A stretch of DNA of 64,000 nt from the NCBI GenBank assembly GCA_964439435.1, contig CAYTOF010000002.1:4033-68032 (forward strand). Direction: 5' to 3'. This DNA is from an uncultured Oscillospiraceae bacterium (GTDB taxonomy: Bacteria; Bacillota; Clostridia; Oscillospirales; QAMX01). The notes below the pieces were generated by a model that saw only the letters and a list, made by a program, of their open reading frames with translations, was not told where the DNA came from and made no database searches. Below, piece after piece: positions 30,813-40,431 of this stretch; positions within the stretch are counted from its first letter, which is position 1, and each line of letters starts with the position of its first letter. Both the position numbers and the translations under genes were made by a program.

Positions 30813-31418
30813 GTGAATAAAATGAGATACAGTGAAAAACATAGAAAGACAAATGAGACAGACATAACAGTTAAGTTAAATATTGATGGAGAGGGCAATT
30901 CAGAGGTCAATACCGGCATCGGATTTTTCGACCACATGCTTCAAGCAATGGCCTTTCACGCAAAGTTTGACCTTACAGTATTGGCTAAAGGTGATTTGCA
31001 TGTAGATGATCACCACACGGTAGAAGACACAGGCATTTTAATTGGCAAAGCTTTGTTGGAGACAATTTTAGACTCCCCAATTGCCAGATATGGAAATGCT
31101 TTTATTCCTATGGATGAAGCCTTGGCATTTTGCGCACTTGATATTAGTGGCAGGTCGATTTTTGTATTCCATGACCGAGCATTATCCCAAATGCCGTCAA
31201 AAGATTTTGATATGGTTCTTATAAGTGAGTTCTTTATGGCTCTTACCAGAACTGCCGGGCTTACTTTGCATATGAAAGTGGAATATGGCTCAAATGCGCA
31301 CCATATCGCAGAGGCACTGTTTAAAGCTTTTGGAAAAGCGATTATGCTGGCATTAAAACCATCCGCAAACGTTGAGTCATCTAAAGGAGTTTTGGACCTG
31401 AGTGAGCACAATATTTAG
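30813..31418 (+). CDS. hisB: imidazoleglycerol-phosphate dehydratase
   Basis: RKTNETDITVKLNIDG and TGIGFFDHML motifs, plus HH..EA..KA motifs. Monofunctional length. Confidence 0.93.
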   Translation: MNKMRYSEKHRKTNETDITVKLNIDGEGNSEVNTGIGFFDHMLQAMAFHAKFDLTVLAKGDLHVDDHHTVEDTGILIGKALLETILDSPIARYGNAFIPMDEALAFCALDISGRSIFVFHDRALSQMPSKDFDMVLISEFFMALTRTAGLTLHMKVEYGSNAHHIAEALFKAFGKAIMLALKPSANVESSKGVLDLSEHNI

Positions 31419-31447
31419 AGTGTAGCCTTTATAATCAGGTCACTATA

Positions 31448-31456
31448 TGATATAAT
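31448..31456 (+). promoter_or_regulatory. candidate internal promoter (extended -10) in the hisB-hisF spacer
   Basis: TGaTATAAT at 31448-31456. There is no good -35, and a second TATAAT lies at 31430-31435. Confidence 0.35.
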
Positions 31457-31525
31457 GTCCGTGATGAAAATCAGTTATTTTGAATTGCTAATGAGTTCAT
31501 AAGAAATATTAATGAGGTAGAACTT

Positions 31526-32284
31526 GTGATAAAAAGGATTATTCCTTGTCTTGACATATCAAACAATAATGTTGTAAAAGGTATAAATTTTTTAAATATA
31601 AGTAGCGTTGGAAACCCACAAGACACAGCAATAGCCTATGACAAAGCGGGAGCAGATGAGCTTGTTATACTCAATATAGACGGATCTGTCGGAGATAAAA
31701 AAAGATTTTTAGAAATAATAAAAAGTATAAAAAATAAAGTTAAGACTCCTTTGATTGTCGGAGGGGGAATTAATACTCTGGATGACATAGGAGCTTTTTT
31801 GCAATCCGGAGCAGATAAAATTTCTGTCAATACAGCTGCAATTATGGATGAATCTTTAATCAGCAGAGCTGCGGAAAGATATGGTAGTAATCGCATTGTT
31901 GTAGCAATAGACGTGAAGCTTGTTGGAGGTATATATAAAGTATTTATAAGCGGAGGGCGAAAAAGCACAGGTATTGATGGAGAAAAATGGGCTAAAAGAG
32001 CAGAGGAACTAGGTGCAGGTGAAATTTTATTGACAAGCATGGATACTGATGGTACAAGGTATGGATTTAATCTCGATGCTATAAATACTGTATGCAAAGA
32101 GAGCAAAATCCCAATAATAGCATCGGGAGGAGCCGGAAAAATGGAACATTTTTCTGACGTGTTTACTAAAACTCAAGCCTCCGGTGCTCTTGCCGCTTCA
32201 CTTTTTCACTACCAAGAGCTGGAAATAGATAAACTAAAAACGTATCTATCTACCAGAGAGATTCCTGTTAGAATGGCAAATTGA
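31526..32284 (+). CDS. hisF: imidazole glycerol phosphate synthase, cyclase subunit
   Basis: 252 aa with a GTG start. KRIIPCLDI, ADELVILNI, VVAIDVK and SGGAG motifs of the HisF (beta-alpha)8 barrel. Confidence 0.92.
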   Translation: MIKRIIPCLDISNNNVVKGINFLNISSVGNPQDTAIAYDKAGADELVILNIDGSVGDKKRFLEIIKSIKNKVKTPLIVGGGINTLDDIGAFLQSGADKISVNTAAIMDESLISRAAERYGSNRIVVAIDVKLVGGIYKVFISGGRKSTGIDGEKWAKRAEELGAGEILLTSMDTDGTRYGFNLDAINTVCKESKIPIIASGGAGKMEHFSDVFTKTQASGALAASLFHYQELEIDKLKTYLSTREIPVRMAN

Positions 32285-32303
32285 ATTGTCGGGGGATTAA
32301 TAG

Positions 32304-32627
32304 ATGTGTACAATAAATATAGAAAAGATATTTGAATCAAGAGATCTTATTCCGGCTATAGTGCAGGACAACAAAACCAATCAAGTATTGATGCTGGCAT
32401 ATATGAACCATGAATCCCTTTTAAAAACAATCGAAACCAAAAGAACATGGTTTTTCAGTCGTTCCAGAAACAAACTGTGGAATAAAGGTGAAACATCCGG
32501 AAATTTTCAAGAGGTTGTTTGGATTTATATAGATTGTGATGGCGATACTTTACTTGTAAAAGTTAATCCTACAGGGCCCGCATGCCATACGGGTGAAGAT
32601 ACCTGTTTTTATACCGAGCTTAGATAA
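32304..32627 (+). CDS. hisI: phosphoribosyl-AMP cyclohydrolase
   Basis: 107 aa. [25 protein letters not shown] and [18 protein letters not shown] motifs. Confidence 0.93.
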   Translation: MCTINIEKIFESRDLIPAIVQDNKTNQVLMLAYMNHESLLKTIETKRTWFFSRSRNKLWNKGETSGNFQEVVWIYIDCDGDTLLVKVNPTGPACHTGEDTCFYTELR

Positions 32628-32656
32628 TTATTGTGGTATAAGTCGTAACAAAAAGG

Positions 32657-32995
32657 ATGAGTAGTAAGATGGATAAAGTTTTTAGTCAGCTTTCAGAAAT
32701 AATAAAAGACAGAAAAGAGAATCCTATAGAAGGATCATATACTTTTTATCTTTTTGAGCAAGGTCTTGATAAAATATTAAAAAAGCTTGCTGAGGAGTGT
32801 GCTGAGACCATAATTGCAGCAAAAAATGGCGTAATAGAAGAAATCTGTGCGGAAGCTTGCGATCTAATATACCATTTACTTGTTATGCTTGAAGAGACAA
32901 ATACACCGCTTGAGGATATTATAAATGAGCTGTCAATTCGGACCCAGAAGATAGGTAACCTAAAAACTATAAAAAATGTTGATAAACATACATAA
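32657..32995 (+). CDS. hisE: phosphoribosyl-ATP diphosphatase
   Basis: 112 aa. GSYTFYLFEQGLDKILKKLAEECAE and DLIYHLLVML motifs of the MazG-like HisE. Confidence 0.9.
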   Translation: MSSKMDKVFSQLSEIIKDRKENPIEGSYTFYLFEQGLDKILKKLAEECAETIIAAKNGVIEEICAEACDLIYHLLVMLEETNTPLEDIINELSIRTQKIGNLKTIKNVDKHT

Positions 32996-33042
32996 ATAGG
33001 ATTGCAATTGCATATGCATTGCAAATAAAAGGGGATATATTT

Positions 33043-34083
33043 ATGAAAGACATTTTGCTAAAAGATTTTACTCCGGAAAGTGAACTTGTTTTGCCTGAAA
33101 CCCAAAAAGACACACCTCTATTCCCGGTTATTGACGCCCATACACATTGGGGGAGGTTGTTGCTTGGGGACGACTATCCTGCCGCCTACAAAACCTCTGA
33201 TATAGTAGAAATGTTAAAAGCTCGGGGTCTTATAGGTATTGTTAATGCTGATGGCGCTTGGGGCGATGAACTGGACAAAATGTTGAGCAAAACGGATGAA
33301 TCAAATGGGTTCATAACGACTTTTGCCAGTGTTGACGTGACAAGGATGTACGAAAAAGACTTTGAAAAATATGCTTATAATACAATAAAAAGAGCTGCTG
33401 ACCTCGGTATCAAAGGATTAAAGTTTTGGAAAGTGATTGGTCTTGTTTATAAAGACCAAGATGGGAATTATATTCGGCCGGATGACGAAAGGCTCAAATG
33501 CATTTGGCAAACAGCCGCAGAATTATCTTTGCCCGTGTTATTTCACATAGCAGACCCCACCGCCTTCTTCAAACCCATTGATGAATATAACGAGCGTTAC
33601 GAAGAATTGGGCGCTCATCCCGACTGGGCTTTTAATGCACCGGATCTATATTCCTTCAATGAGTTGATGCAAATGCAATATAATATGATTAAGGCAAACC
33701 CGAAAACCAACTTTATCTGTGCGCATGTTGCAGGTTATAGTGAAAACTTGAGTGCAGTTGGTTCTTGGCTCAAGCAATTGCCAAATATGTTCATAGATAT
33801 TGCAGAAAGAATTTCCGAACTTGGACGACAACCTTATACTTCTAAAAAATTCTTTACAGAACATGCTGACAAGATACTATTCGGAACAGATATGACACCA
33901 TTGGATTTCGTCGGTCGTTATGAGATATATTATCGATTCCTTGAAACATTTGACGAATATTTCAGATATGATATAACACCCAATGGAAAGCAAGGAAGAT
34001 GGCGTATCTATGGAGTAGGTCTGTCCCCTGAAGTGTTAGAAAAGATTTACCATAAAAACGCAAAACGACTACTTAATATTTGA
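33043..34083 (+). CDS. amidohydrolase family (Amidohydro_2-like TIM-barrel metal hydrolase) protein
   Basis: VIDAHTHWG (HxH metal site), FHIADP, CAHVAG and LFGTDM motifs. ATG at 33043 follows AAAGGGG. Confidence 0.7.
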   Translation: MKDILLKDFTPESELVLPETQKDTPLFPVIDAHTHWGRLLLGDDYPAAYKTSDIVEMLKARGLIGIVNADGAWGDELDKMLSKTDESNGFITTFASVDVTRMYEKDFEKYAYNTIKRAADLGIKGLKFWKVIGLVYKDQDGNYIRPDDERLKCIWQTAAELSLPVLFHIADPTAFFKPIDEYNERYEELGAHPDWAFNAPDLYSFNELMQMQYNMIKANPKTNFICAHVAGYSENLSAVGSWLKQLPNMFIDIAERISELGRQPYTSKKFFTEHADKILFGTDMTPLDFVGRYEIYYRFLETFDEYFRYDITPNGKQGRWRIYGVGLSPEVLEKIYHKNAKRLLNI

Positions 34084-35132
34084 AAGGGCGTATAGATTTG
34101 AGTACAACTTATTTGGAGATGAGCGCACAGTACGAAGCAATCGAGCAGACTTATGATTATGCAAAAAACAGAGTAGGTATTATAAAACGGTATCTCTCTG
34201 AAAAAGCGTATAAAACTGTTATTTTCATAGGGAGCGGGTCAAGCTACTGCGTATCTAAGTCGCTGGAATCTATTTACCGCAACCTTACGGGTGCGGCTTC
34301 CATGAGTGCTACAGCAGGAGACATATATCTCAACACAGAGAGATACAAAGCTCCGGCCGATGAATGTCTAGTCATTGCAGTTACGCGTTCGGGCAGCACC
34401 AGTGAACTGCTCGGAGCAATAGAAAAGCTAAAAGCTGTGGCGCAAATTCGAGTGATTGCTATAACATGTGTTGATGAGTCGCCTATTGGAAACATGGCTG
34501 ATATTACTCTATCAATGCCTTGGGCATTTGATGCAAGTATTTGTCAAACACGGACAGTTTCCTGTTTGTATGCTGCGGGAGCTGTCATTGCTGCTGGGTT
34601 GGCAGATCGCTTAGATGCGATAGACGAATTCGGCATGACAATCGGGCACTTCAAAAAATATGCTGATCGCTTTGAGCAAGAATTTTTGAAGCTCGCAAAA
34701 GAAAGATTTGACAATGTTGCTCTACTTGCCGATGGCGAAGAAGCGGGCATGGCTGAAGAAGGAGCCTTGGCATTTAAAGAGATGGCACAAGTTCATTCAA
34801 ATCAATATGGCTTGCTTGATGCAAGGCATGGACCAATGGTTCTGATAGGCAAAGGTACTCTTGTGATTGCTTCGCTTAGATCGGACGGAGAGCATGAACG
34901 CAAGATGGTTGAAGATTTGATAAAGAAAAATGCCACTGTGGTCACATGTACAGACTCACCTCAAAGCATCAATAAAGTATACTTAAATGCATATTTCGGA
35001 GAAAAACTTGATATCATCGGCAGAGCGATTGCGGTTTTGATGATTTGTCAGTATACAGCTTATTATAAAGCGGTGGTCAAAGGACTAAATCCGGATAGTC
35101 CTGCCGGGCTTGATGCTTGGATTAAGCTTTAA
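34080..35132 (+). CDS. SIS-domain phosphosugar isomerase/deglycase-like protein (GlmS-C/FrlB/AgaS family)
   Basis: About 340-350 aa with two SIS repeats (FIGSGSSY..., VTRSGSTSE), an RHGP motif and a C-terminal LNPDSPAGL tail typical of this family. It overlaps the upstream stop. The exact start is uncertain (TTG 34080, TTG 34098 or ATG 34119). Confidence 0.7.
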   Translation: MKGRIDLSTTYLEMSAQYEAIEQTYDYAKNRVGIIKRYLSEKAYKTVIFIGSGSSYCVSKSLESIYRNLTGAASMSATAGDIYLNTERYKAPADECLVIAVTRSGSTSELLGAIEKLKAVAQIRVIAITCVDESPIGNMADITLSMPWAFDASICQTRTVSCLYAAGAVIAAGLADRLDAIDEFGMTIGHFKKYADRFEQEFLKLAKERFDNVALLADGEEAGMAEEGALAFKEMAQVHSNQYGLLDARHGPMVLIGKGTLVIASLRSDGEHERKMVEDLIKKNATVVTCTDSPQSINKVYLNAYFGEKLDIIGRAIAVLMICQYTAYYKAVVKGLNPDSPAGLDAWIKL

Positions 35133-36096
35133 ACAATTGTTGGAGGGTATTTTGAAAAATATCGAAGTATTGGCAATAGGTGAGTTGAATGTGGATCTTA
35201 TTCTGACCGGACTTGGCAGTATGCCGATACCCGGCAGAGAACTTCTTGCAGAAACGTGCTCACTTGTAATGGGAAGTTCCACTGCCATTTGTGCCGCAGG
35301 GCTTTCTAAACTGGGTTTGAAAACATCTTTTGTCGGCAAAGTCGGAGATGACGATTATGGAAGGTTTGCCACAGAAGCGTTGAAAAGCTATAGCGTAGAT
35401 ATGTCCCACCTTATCGTTGACAGAGACATACAAACAGGTATAACTGTCTCTATTTCGTCGCAGGATAATAAAGACAGAGCGATGGTGACATATTTGGGAG
35501 CAATCGACTCTTTGACAACTGCGGATGTGTCTATGGAATTGTTAAAACAAACACAGCATATTCATGTCGGTTCTTTCTTTCTTCAGAGCTCTTTGAGAGC
35601 AAATCTAGCATCACTATTTCAAAAGGCACAAACAATAGGAATGACCACTTCACTCGATGCCGGTTGGGATGATTCAGGCAATTGGGACTATGGAATAAAA
35701 GATGTATTATCATATACAAACATATTTCTACCAAACGAACTGGAAGCTGAAGCCATATCGGGGAAAAAGGACGCAAAAAAAGCCGCTGAATCATTGGCTG
35801 AAATATGCGAAATATGTGTCGTGAAATGTGGACCCAATGGCGCAATAGTTTCGAGTAAAGGGGAGACACTCTCTTTACCTACATATGATGCGGTAGTAAG
35901 AGATACAACCGGTGCCGGAGATTCGTTTAATGCGGGCTTTATTTTCGGTTATTTGAAGGGATTTGACTTGAAAAAATCAACTAGGATTGGCAACGCTTGC
36001 GGTTCGGTAAGCGTTACAAAATACGGCGGAGCTTCTGCCTGCGCATCGTTGGAGGAGGCAATGTCGGTGATTGAACTGGGATATGTTGCCAAATAG
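35110..36096 (+). CDS. PfkB-family carbohydrate kinase
   Basis: N-terminal GELNVDLIL and di-Gly region, C-terminal DTTGAGDSFNAGF anion-hole/catalytic Asp motif. The likely start is the TTG at 35152 after GGAGGG. Confidence 0.8.
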   Translation: MMLGLSFKQLLEGILKNIEVLAIGELNVDLILTGLGSMPIPGRELLAETCSLVMGSSTAICAAGLSKLGLKTSFVGKVGDDDYGRFATEALKSYSVDMSHLIVDRDIQTGITVSISSQDNKDRAMVTYLGAIDSLTTADVSMELLKQTQHIHVGSFFLQSSLRANLASLFQKAQTIGMTTSLDAGWDDSGNWDYGIKDVLSYTNIFLPNELEAEAISGKKDAKKAAESLAEICEICVVKCGPNGAIVSSKGETLSLPTYDAVVRDTTGAGDSFNAGFIFGYLKGFDLKKSTRIGNACGSVSVTKYGGASACASLEEAMSVIELGYVAK

Positions 36097-36169
36097 CAAC
36101 ATTGTAAATTACCTTGACTTTTAAGCATAGATAACTACACGCTAGCGGCCGGATACATCTCTACTAAAG

Positions 36170-37195
36170 TTGTATCCGGTTGCGGTATTGCCTGGAGGGA
36201 AAGTGACAAAAAGAATTATTTTGTGCATACTGATTTTGCCGTTATTAGCATTGATTGGTTGCAGCGGCCATACTATGTCTGCAAACACACTTGTGCTTGA
36301 TGGCCAAGTGATTACAGTTCCCTACGTTGTAAGGATCGATAACTATGAAGTGAAAGCAGATGAATATAGATATTATTACCTTAATCTACTAAATGAAAGA
36401 ACAGCTGATACCGATGATAGAGACTGGTCACATGATGAATCGAACAATTTCAAGGACACAGTTTTAGAATACCTTTTACTTGAAAGGGCAGCACATATTT
36501 ATGCTACCGATCTTGGTATAGTGTTTACAGATGAAGATGCTGTTCGTGCTGAAAGCGAAATTGAAGAATTGAGACAAGGTGCAGGAGGAAATAAAGAATT
36601 CTTATCGGAATTAAGTGCAGAGTTTTTAACAGAAAGATTATTGCTCGAACAGATAAAAGCGGAAATCATCTATGAAAAACTATATAATATGATGTTCGAC
36701 GTCGGGGGAATATATGAAATAAGCGAATCAGAAATGTTGGACATCGTAAAGGAAAACTATGTTTGTGTCCGATACTTGATGTTGTCAAAAAACAACGAAA
36801 ATCATGATTCTGAGGAGTTTGCCCGAGACCTATTAGAGCGAATAAATAACGGCACAGATTTTGTTACTCTTGTCAACGAATATGGCGAAGACTTGAGGAT
36901 GCTTAATAATCCGGATGGGTATTATTTCACATATGGGATGCTTGATGACCATTTTACTGACATTTGCTTCAGTCTTGAGGTAGGTGAAATAAGCGAGGTT
37001 GTTGACAGTGAAGGCAAACTATATATTATAAAAAGACAGCCAATTGACGATAGTTATGTTAAAGAGACCATAGATGTTTTTATAAAAGCCTATAAGATGA
37101 ACATCTTTCAAATGGAACTACAAAAGATTTCTCAGAAACTCAGCATTGAATATTCGGATATTTACGAGGCAATATCGCCCTTTTCGATGTCATAA
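36170..37195 (+). CDS. PrsA/SurA-like peptidylprolyl isomerase lipoprotein
   Basis: Lipobox LLALIGC, an N-terminal chaperone-like region, and a C-terminal parvulin-like segment (NGTDFVTLVNEYGED...GYYFTYGML...EISEVV). A GTG at about 36203 is the probable true start. Confidence 0.65.
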   Translation: MYPVAVLPGGKVTKRIILCILILPLLALIGCSGHTMSANTLVLDGQVITVPYVVRIDNYEVKADEYRYYYLNLLNERTADTDDRDWSHDESNNFKDTVLEYLLLERAAHIYATDLGIVFTDEDAVRAESEIEELRQGAGGNKEFLSELSAEFLTERLLLEQIKAEIIYEKLYNMMFDVGGIYEISESEMLDIVKENYVCVRYLMLSKNNENHDSEEFARDLLERINNGTDFVTLVNEYGEDLRMLNNPDGYYFTYGMLDDHFTDICFSLEVGEISEVVDSEGKLYIIKRQPIDDSYVKETIDVFIKAYKMNIFQMELQKISQKLSIEYSDIYEAISPFSMS

Positions 37196-37248
37196 TTGAG
37201 ACATGGGCAAGTAGTGTCAAAAGATGACGAATGGATATCGGAGGACAG

Positions 37249-37788
37249 ATGAAAGCAAGAGGTATAGTGAGACGGATAGACGATTTGGGAAGAGTTGTTA
37301 TACCCAAGGAGATAAGGCGCCTACTGAAAATTCGCGAAGGAGATCCACTTGAGATTTTTACCGGCAAGAATGAGGATATTATACTGAGAAAGTATTCCCC
37401 GATAGGTGAAATTGCTCCTTTTGCATCTCAATTATGTGAAACAGTTTCGCGCATATCAGGTTATACCGTTGCAGTGTCGGACCGAGATGCAATAATTGCT
37501 ATTTCCGGACCATCACAAAAGGACTTGGCTGACAAGAAAATCAGCTATGAGCTCGAAGCAATTATAGATAACCGTCAAAGTCATTTTGATAGAATAGGGG
37601 GAAATGGGATTAAGATAGTACAAGATTATTCAAGAAAAAGTGCATTTGCCGCAGTGCCTATTATCGTTCTTGGGGATATTACGGGATGTGCTCTAATTAT
37701 CGGAGACGAAAATGATATTTGCACTGATGCGGAAATGAAACTTTGCCAGAGTATAGCTGGATTTTTAAGCATGCAAATCGAAGCTTGA
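37249..37788 (+). CDS. spoVT: stage V sporulation protein T (AbrB-family regulator with GAF-like C-domain)
   Basis: MKARGIVRRIDDLGRVVIPKEIRRLLKIREGDPLEIF is nearly identical to the SpoVT/AbrB SpoVT-AbrB fold N-terminus. The length of about 179 aa fits SpoVT rather than AbrB. GGAGGA RBS. Confidence 0.88.
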   Translation: MKARGIVRRIDDLGRVVIPKEIRRLLKIREGDPLEIFTGKNEDIILRKYSPIGEIAPFASQLCETVSRISGYTVAVSDRDAIIAISGPSQKDLADKKISYELEAIIDNRQSHFDRIGGNGIKIVQDYSRKSAFAAVPIIVLGDITGCALIIGDENDICTDAEMKLCQSIAGFLSMQIEA

Positions 37789-37805
37789 TAATGAGGATAA
37801 TAAGA

Positions 37806-37858
37806 ATGATGAGTGAAAGAGGGTTTGGACAGTACGCAAACTCTCTTTCACTCATCAT
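37806..37858. terminator. 16-bp hairpin between convergent spoVT and GerMN genes
   Basis: ATGATGAGTGAAAGAG (37806-37821) pairs with CTCTTTCACTCATCAT (37843-37858). The loop is 21 nt and the T tails are weak. Confidence 0.4.
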
Positions 37859-37936
37859 GGTCTGATAGAGGTGAAGTTGAATCTTTGTTGATTGATAAAA
37901 GTTGAATAAAAAGAACAAGGACTCGCAAAGATAAAA

Positions 37937-38884
37937 TTATTGAGCCAATGAATTGCCTCTAATTAAGGAGTTGTTTTTATAAAGAGCTTCAGAGAGCTCT
38001 ATTTTTATAAACCGGAATTTTTCTATTCCTTCGACCTGTAGTTTAACAGAATTTATTTGTGGGAGCGCAGTCAAAGAGTTAACAATGGAATATATAGACA
38101 CTTCAGCAGATGCTGAATCTTTAATTGTGTCCAACTGCGTTATCTGCGAAGATAAACACAGAGAAACTTCGCCATTGTATGTGGATATTGAATTTAGAGA
38201 TGTACCTGATGGGAAATATCGGATAGATCCGTTTTCATTTGATTGACCTTCAAGCAGAAGCTTTACTATGTATTCAATGGGATCTTGGTCGGCAAAAAGC
38301 ACGACAGATAAACTTTGAGGAAACAATGCTTTTAGATTTTCGTCAGGATAGTACAGGATAAACACATGCTCGTTCTTCATGTAAAATTCGCTGCTGCTGA
38401 TAAATGAACTCAGAGAGACAAAATCTGTACTGGAGATAGGGTGAGGGGAGTTTGATATGCGAAATGAAAAGCTTGTCAAGCCATTGATACCGGTAAGTGA
38501 GCGGATAATACAATAGTCTGCTAAGCTCATTTCATAGTTACTGAGACTTGAGTATTCAGAAGATAGATTAATAATCAATTTGGTATCTGTTAAATTCAGG
38601 CTGTTTACTTTCAGACCCGGCGGAAAGGGGTTGAGGAGGCTTGAAGTGTTTGGGCCTGCAAATAGTTGCCTCAGTAGCTCGTGGATTAATCCGATTTCTG
38701 TCGTAGATGGTATATATCGCTTCTCATATTCAAATATGCTATTCACATTATTCTCTGTTAGAAAATAAAGATGATATTTTTCTGACTTGCTATCATGGTC
38801 AGGAAAAAATACAGCCATATAGACAATTGCTGTTAAAAAAATGACAGCAAGTAAAATTATCATGATGCTATAGGTTTTTTTCAT
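37937..38884 (-). CDS. membrane-anchored GerMN-domain protein
   Basis: 315 aa with an N-terminal TM anchor. Two repeats have the GerMN-like pattern (LLRQLFAGPNTSSLLNPFPPGLKVNSLNLTDTKLIINLSSEY, and a second copy ending VKLQVEG). The assignment is from memory of the family. Confidence 0.45.
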   Translation of the reverse strand: MKKTYSIMIILLAVIFLTAIVYMAVFFPDHDSKSEKYHLYFLTENNVNSIFEYEKRYIPSTTEIGLIHELLRQLFAGPNTSSLLNPFPPGLKVNSLNLTDTKLIINLSSEYSSLSNYEMSLADYCIIRSLTGINGLTSFSFRISNSPHPISSTDFVSLSSFISSSEFYMKNEHVFILYYPDENLKALFPQSLSVVLFADQDPIEYIVKLLLEGQSNENGSIRYFPSGTSLNSISTYNGEVSLCLSSQITQLDTIKDSASAEVSIYSIVNSLTALPQINSVKLQVEGIEKFRFIKIELSEALYKNNSLIRGNSLAQ

Positions 38885-38949
38885 TTTTAATCACCTATAT
38901 AAAATGTGTCGTTAGCCGTTTCATTGGTACAATATTATTAACTGAGTTA

Positions 38950-40380
38950 TCAACTGATTTTATATTCATCTGCCTTCTCGTAAAGAGGGAATTTGACGGT
39001 GAACCGAGCACCTCCATTTGCACGGTTTTGTGCTGTAACGGTGCCATTACAGCTCTGTACTGCAGCAGCCACTATAGATAATCCGAGGCCGGTGCCACCG
39101 GTGGTCCTGGCACGCGCTTTATCCACTCGATAAAACCGATCAAATATTCTGCGCAAATCCTCTTCGGGGATACCCTCACCATCATCATCTACGATGAAAG
39201 TAGCATTACCGTCATGTCCGTACAGATAAACACGAACTTCATTGCCTTTCCCTCCATATTTTATGGCATTCTCTATGATATTGTAAAAAACTTGATATAT
39301 AAGATCATAATTTGCCAAGACAATACAATTATCTGCCAACTCATGTCGGATTTTAGAATCAGATGCTGATGCCAGTGGTGCAAGCATCCGGCATACATTT
39401 TTAGCAATATAAGATAGGTTTAACGGAACAAGATCAGTATTACTAGATTCGTCGTCATAGCGGGTAATCTGCAAAAGTTTACCGCTTATTCGCGTAAGCC
39501 GCTCTATCTCGTCATTTATATCCAGTAAAAACTCTTTAATGCTCTCTTCATCTATATCCGGAGTCTGTAATATAGAATCAGACAATAATTTTATGGATGC
39601 CAAAGGAGTTCGCAATTCGTGTGAAGCATCAGAGACGAATCTTCGTCTCTGCTCCTCAGTTTTGGACAACGCAAATGAAAGGTCGTTGAGCTCGGAGGCC
39701 AATACTGCAAACTCATCACTACCTTTGGTTTGAACATCTGCATTATAGTCACCTGTTTTAATTTTTTCCATACCTTCAATTAGAGTACGAGCGTTCTTGT
39801 TGAAGCTGATGTATAAATAGAAGCCAAACAGCAATGGAACAGATAAAAGTAATAATGAGGTGAAAAAAAGTATATTGCTGATATTTGAATATTCACTTCC
39901 TATGTTAGGATCCTCTGTGTGCAAATAGATTACTCCTGTGATTGAATCGCCTTGTAAACGAGGTACTGCAACATCGAAATAGAATACACTTTTATGATAA
40001 CGCATGGAAAATGCATCATTTCCTCTAAATGCAGTGTTGATTTCGGGAGTTATTATTCGAAGACCAGCTTTGTTGTTTTTGCTATTGCTGTCGTAGAGAG
40101 ATTTACCCGTATTGTCAGTTATGATTAAACTCATGGTGTTTTCGGTCTGTATTTCAGATAACAGGGATGAAAAGACTTCGGGATATCTATCTTGAGGGTA
40201 AGTATCGGCCAGGTGAGAAAAATGATTAGCAAGGGTTAGAGAGCTTTGCCTGTAGGCAAGCTCAATTGCTTTTTTCAAACTGATTGGATATACCACTGTA
40301 AGGCTAATCAAAAAAGCGATTGCTATTACAGTATTTATCAGCAAAAACTTCAAACTAGATTTTGAAAAAATCCTTTTCAT
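38950..40380 (-). CDS. sensor histidine kinase (WalK-like architecture without PAS)
   Basis: 476 aa: TM, an extracytoplasmic domain of about 150 aa, TM, HAMP, DHp (SHELRTPL) and HATPase_c (N, G1 DDGEGI, G2 GGTGLGLSI boxes). Confidence 0.88.
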   Translation of the reverse strand: MKRIFSKSSLKFLLINTVIAIAFLISLTVVYPISLKKAIELAYRQSSLTLANHFSHLADTYPQDRYPEVFSSLLSEIQTENTMSLIITDNTGKSLYDSNSKNNKAGLRIITPEINTAFRGNDAFSMRYHKSVFYFDVAVPRLQGDSITGVIYLHTEDPNIGSEYSNISNILFFTSLLLLSVPLLFGFYLYISFNKNARTLIEGMEKIKTGDYNADVQTKGSDEFAVLASELNDLSFALSKTEEQRRRFVSDASHELRTPLASIKLLSDSILQTPDIDEESIKEFLLDINDEIERLTRISGKLLQITRYDDESSNTDLVPLNLSYIAKNVCRMLAPLASASDSKIRHELADNCIVLANYDLIYQVFYNIIENAIKYGGKGNEVRVYLYGHDGNATFIVDDDGEGIPEEDLRRIFDRFYRVDKARARTTGGTGLGLSIVAAAVQSCNGTVTAQNRANGGARFTVKFPLYEKADEYKIS

Positions 40381-40431
40381 TAGTAGCCTACTTGAAAGAA
40401 TAAGGCATGACCGGGTATCAAAAAGGTGAAA

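Noticed and set aside
37806-37865. A 19-aa ORF (MMSERGFGQYANSLSLIMV) with a GAGGA RBS lies just downstream of spoVT.
   Set aside because: The ORF is made up of the two arms of a 16-bp inverted repeat between convergent genes. Its coding appearance is most likely a by-product of the hairpin.
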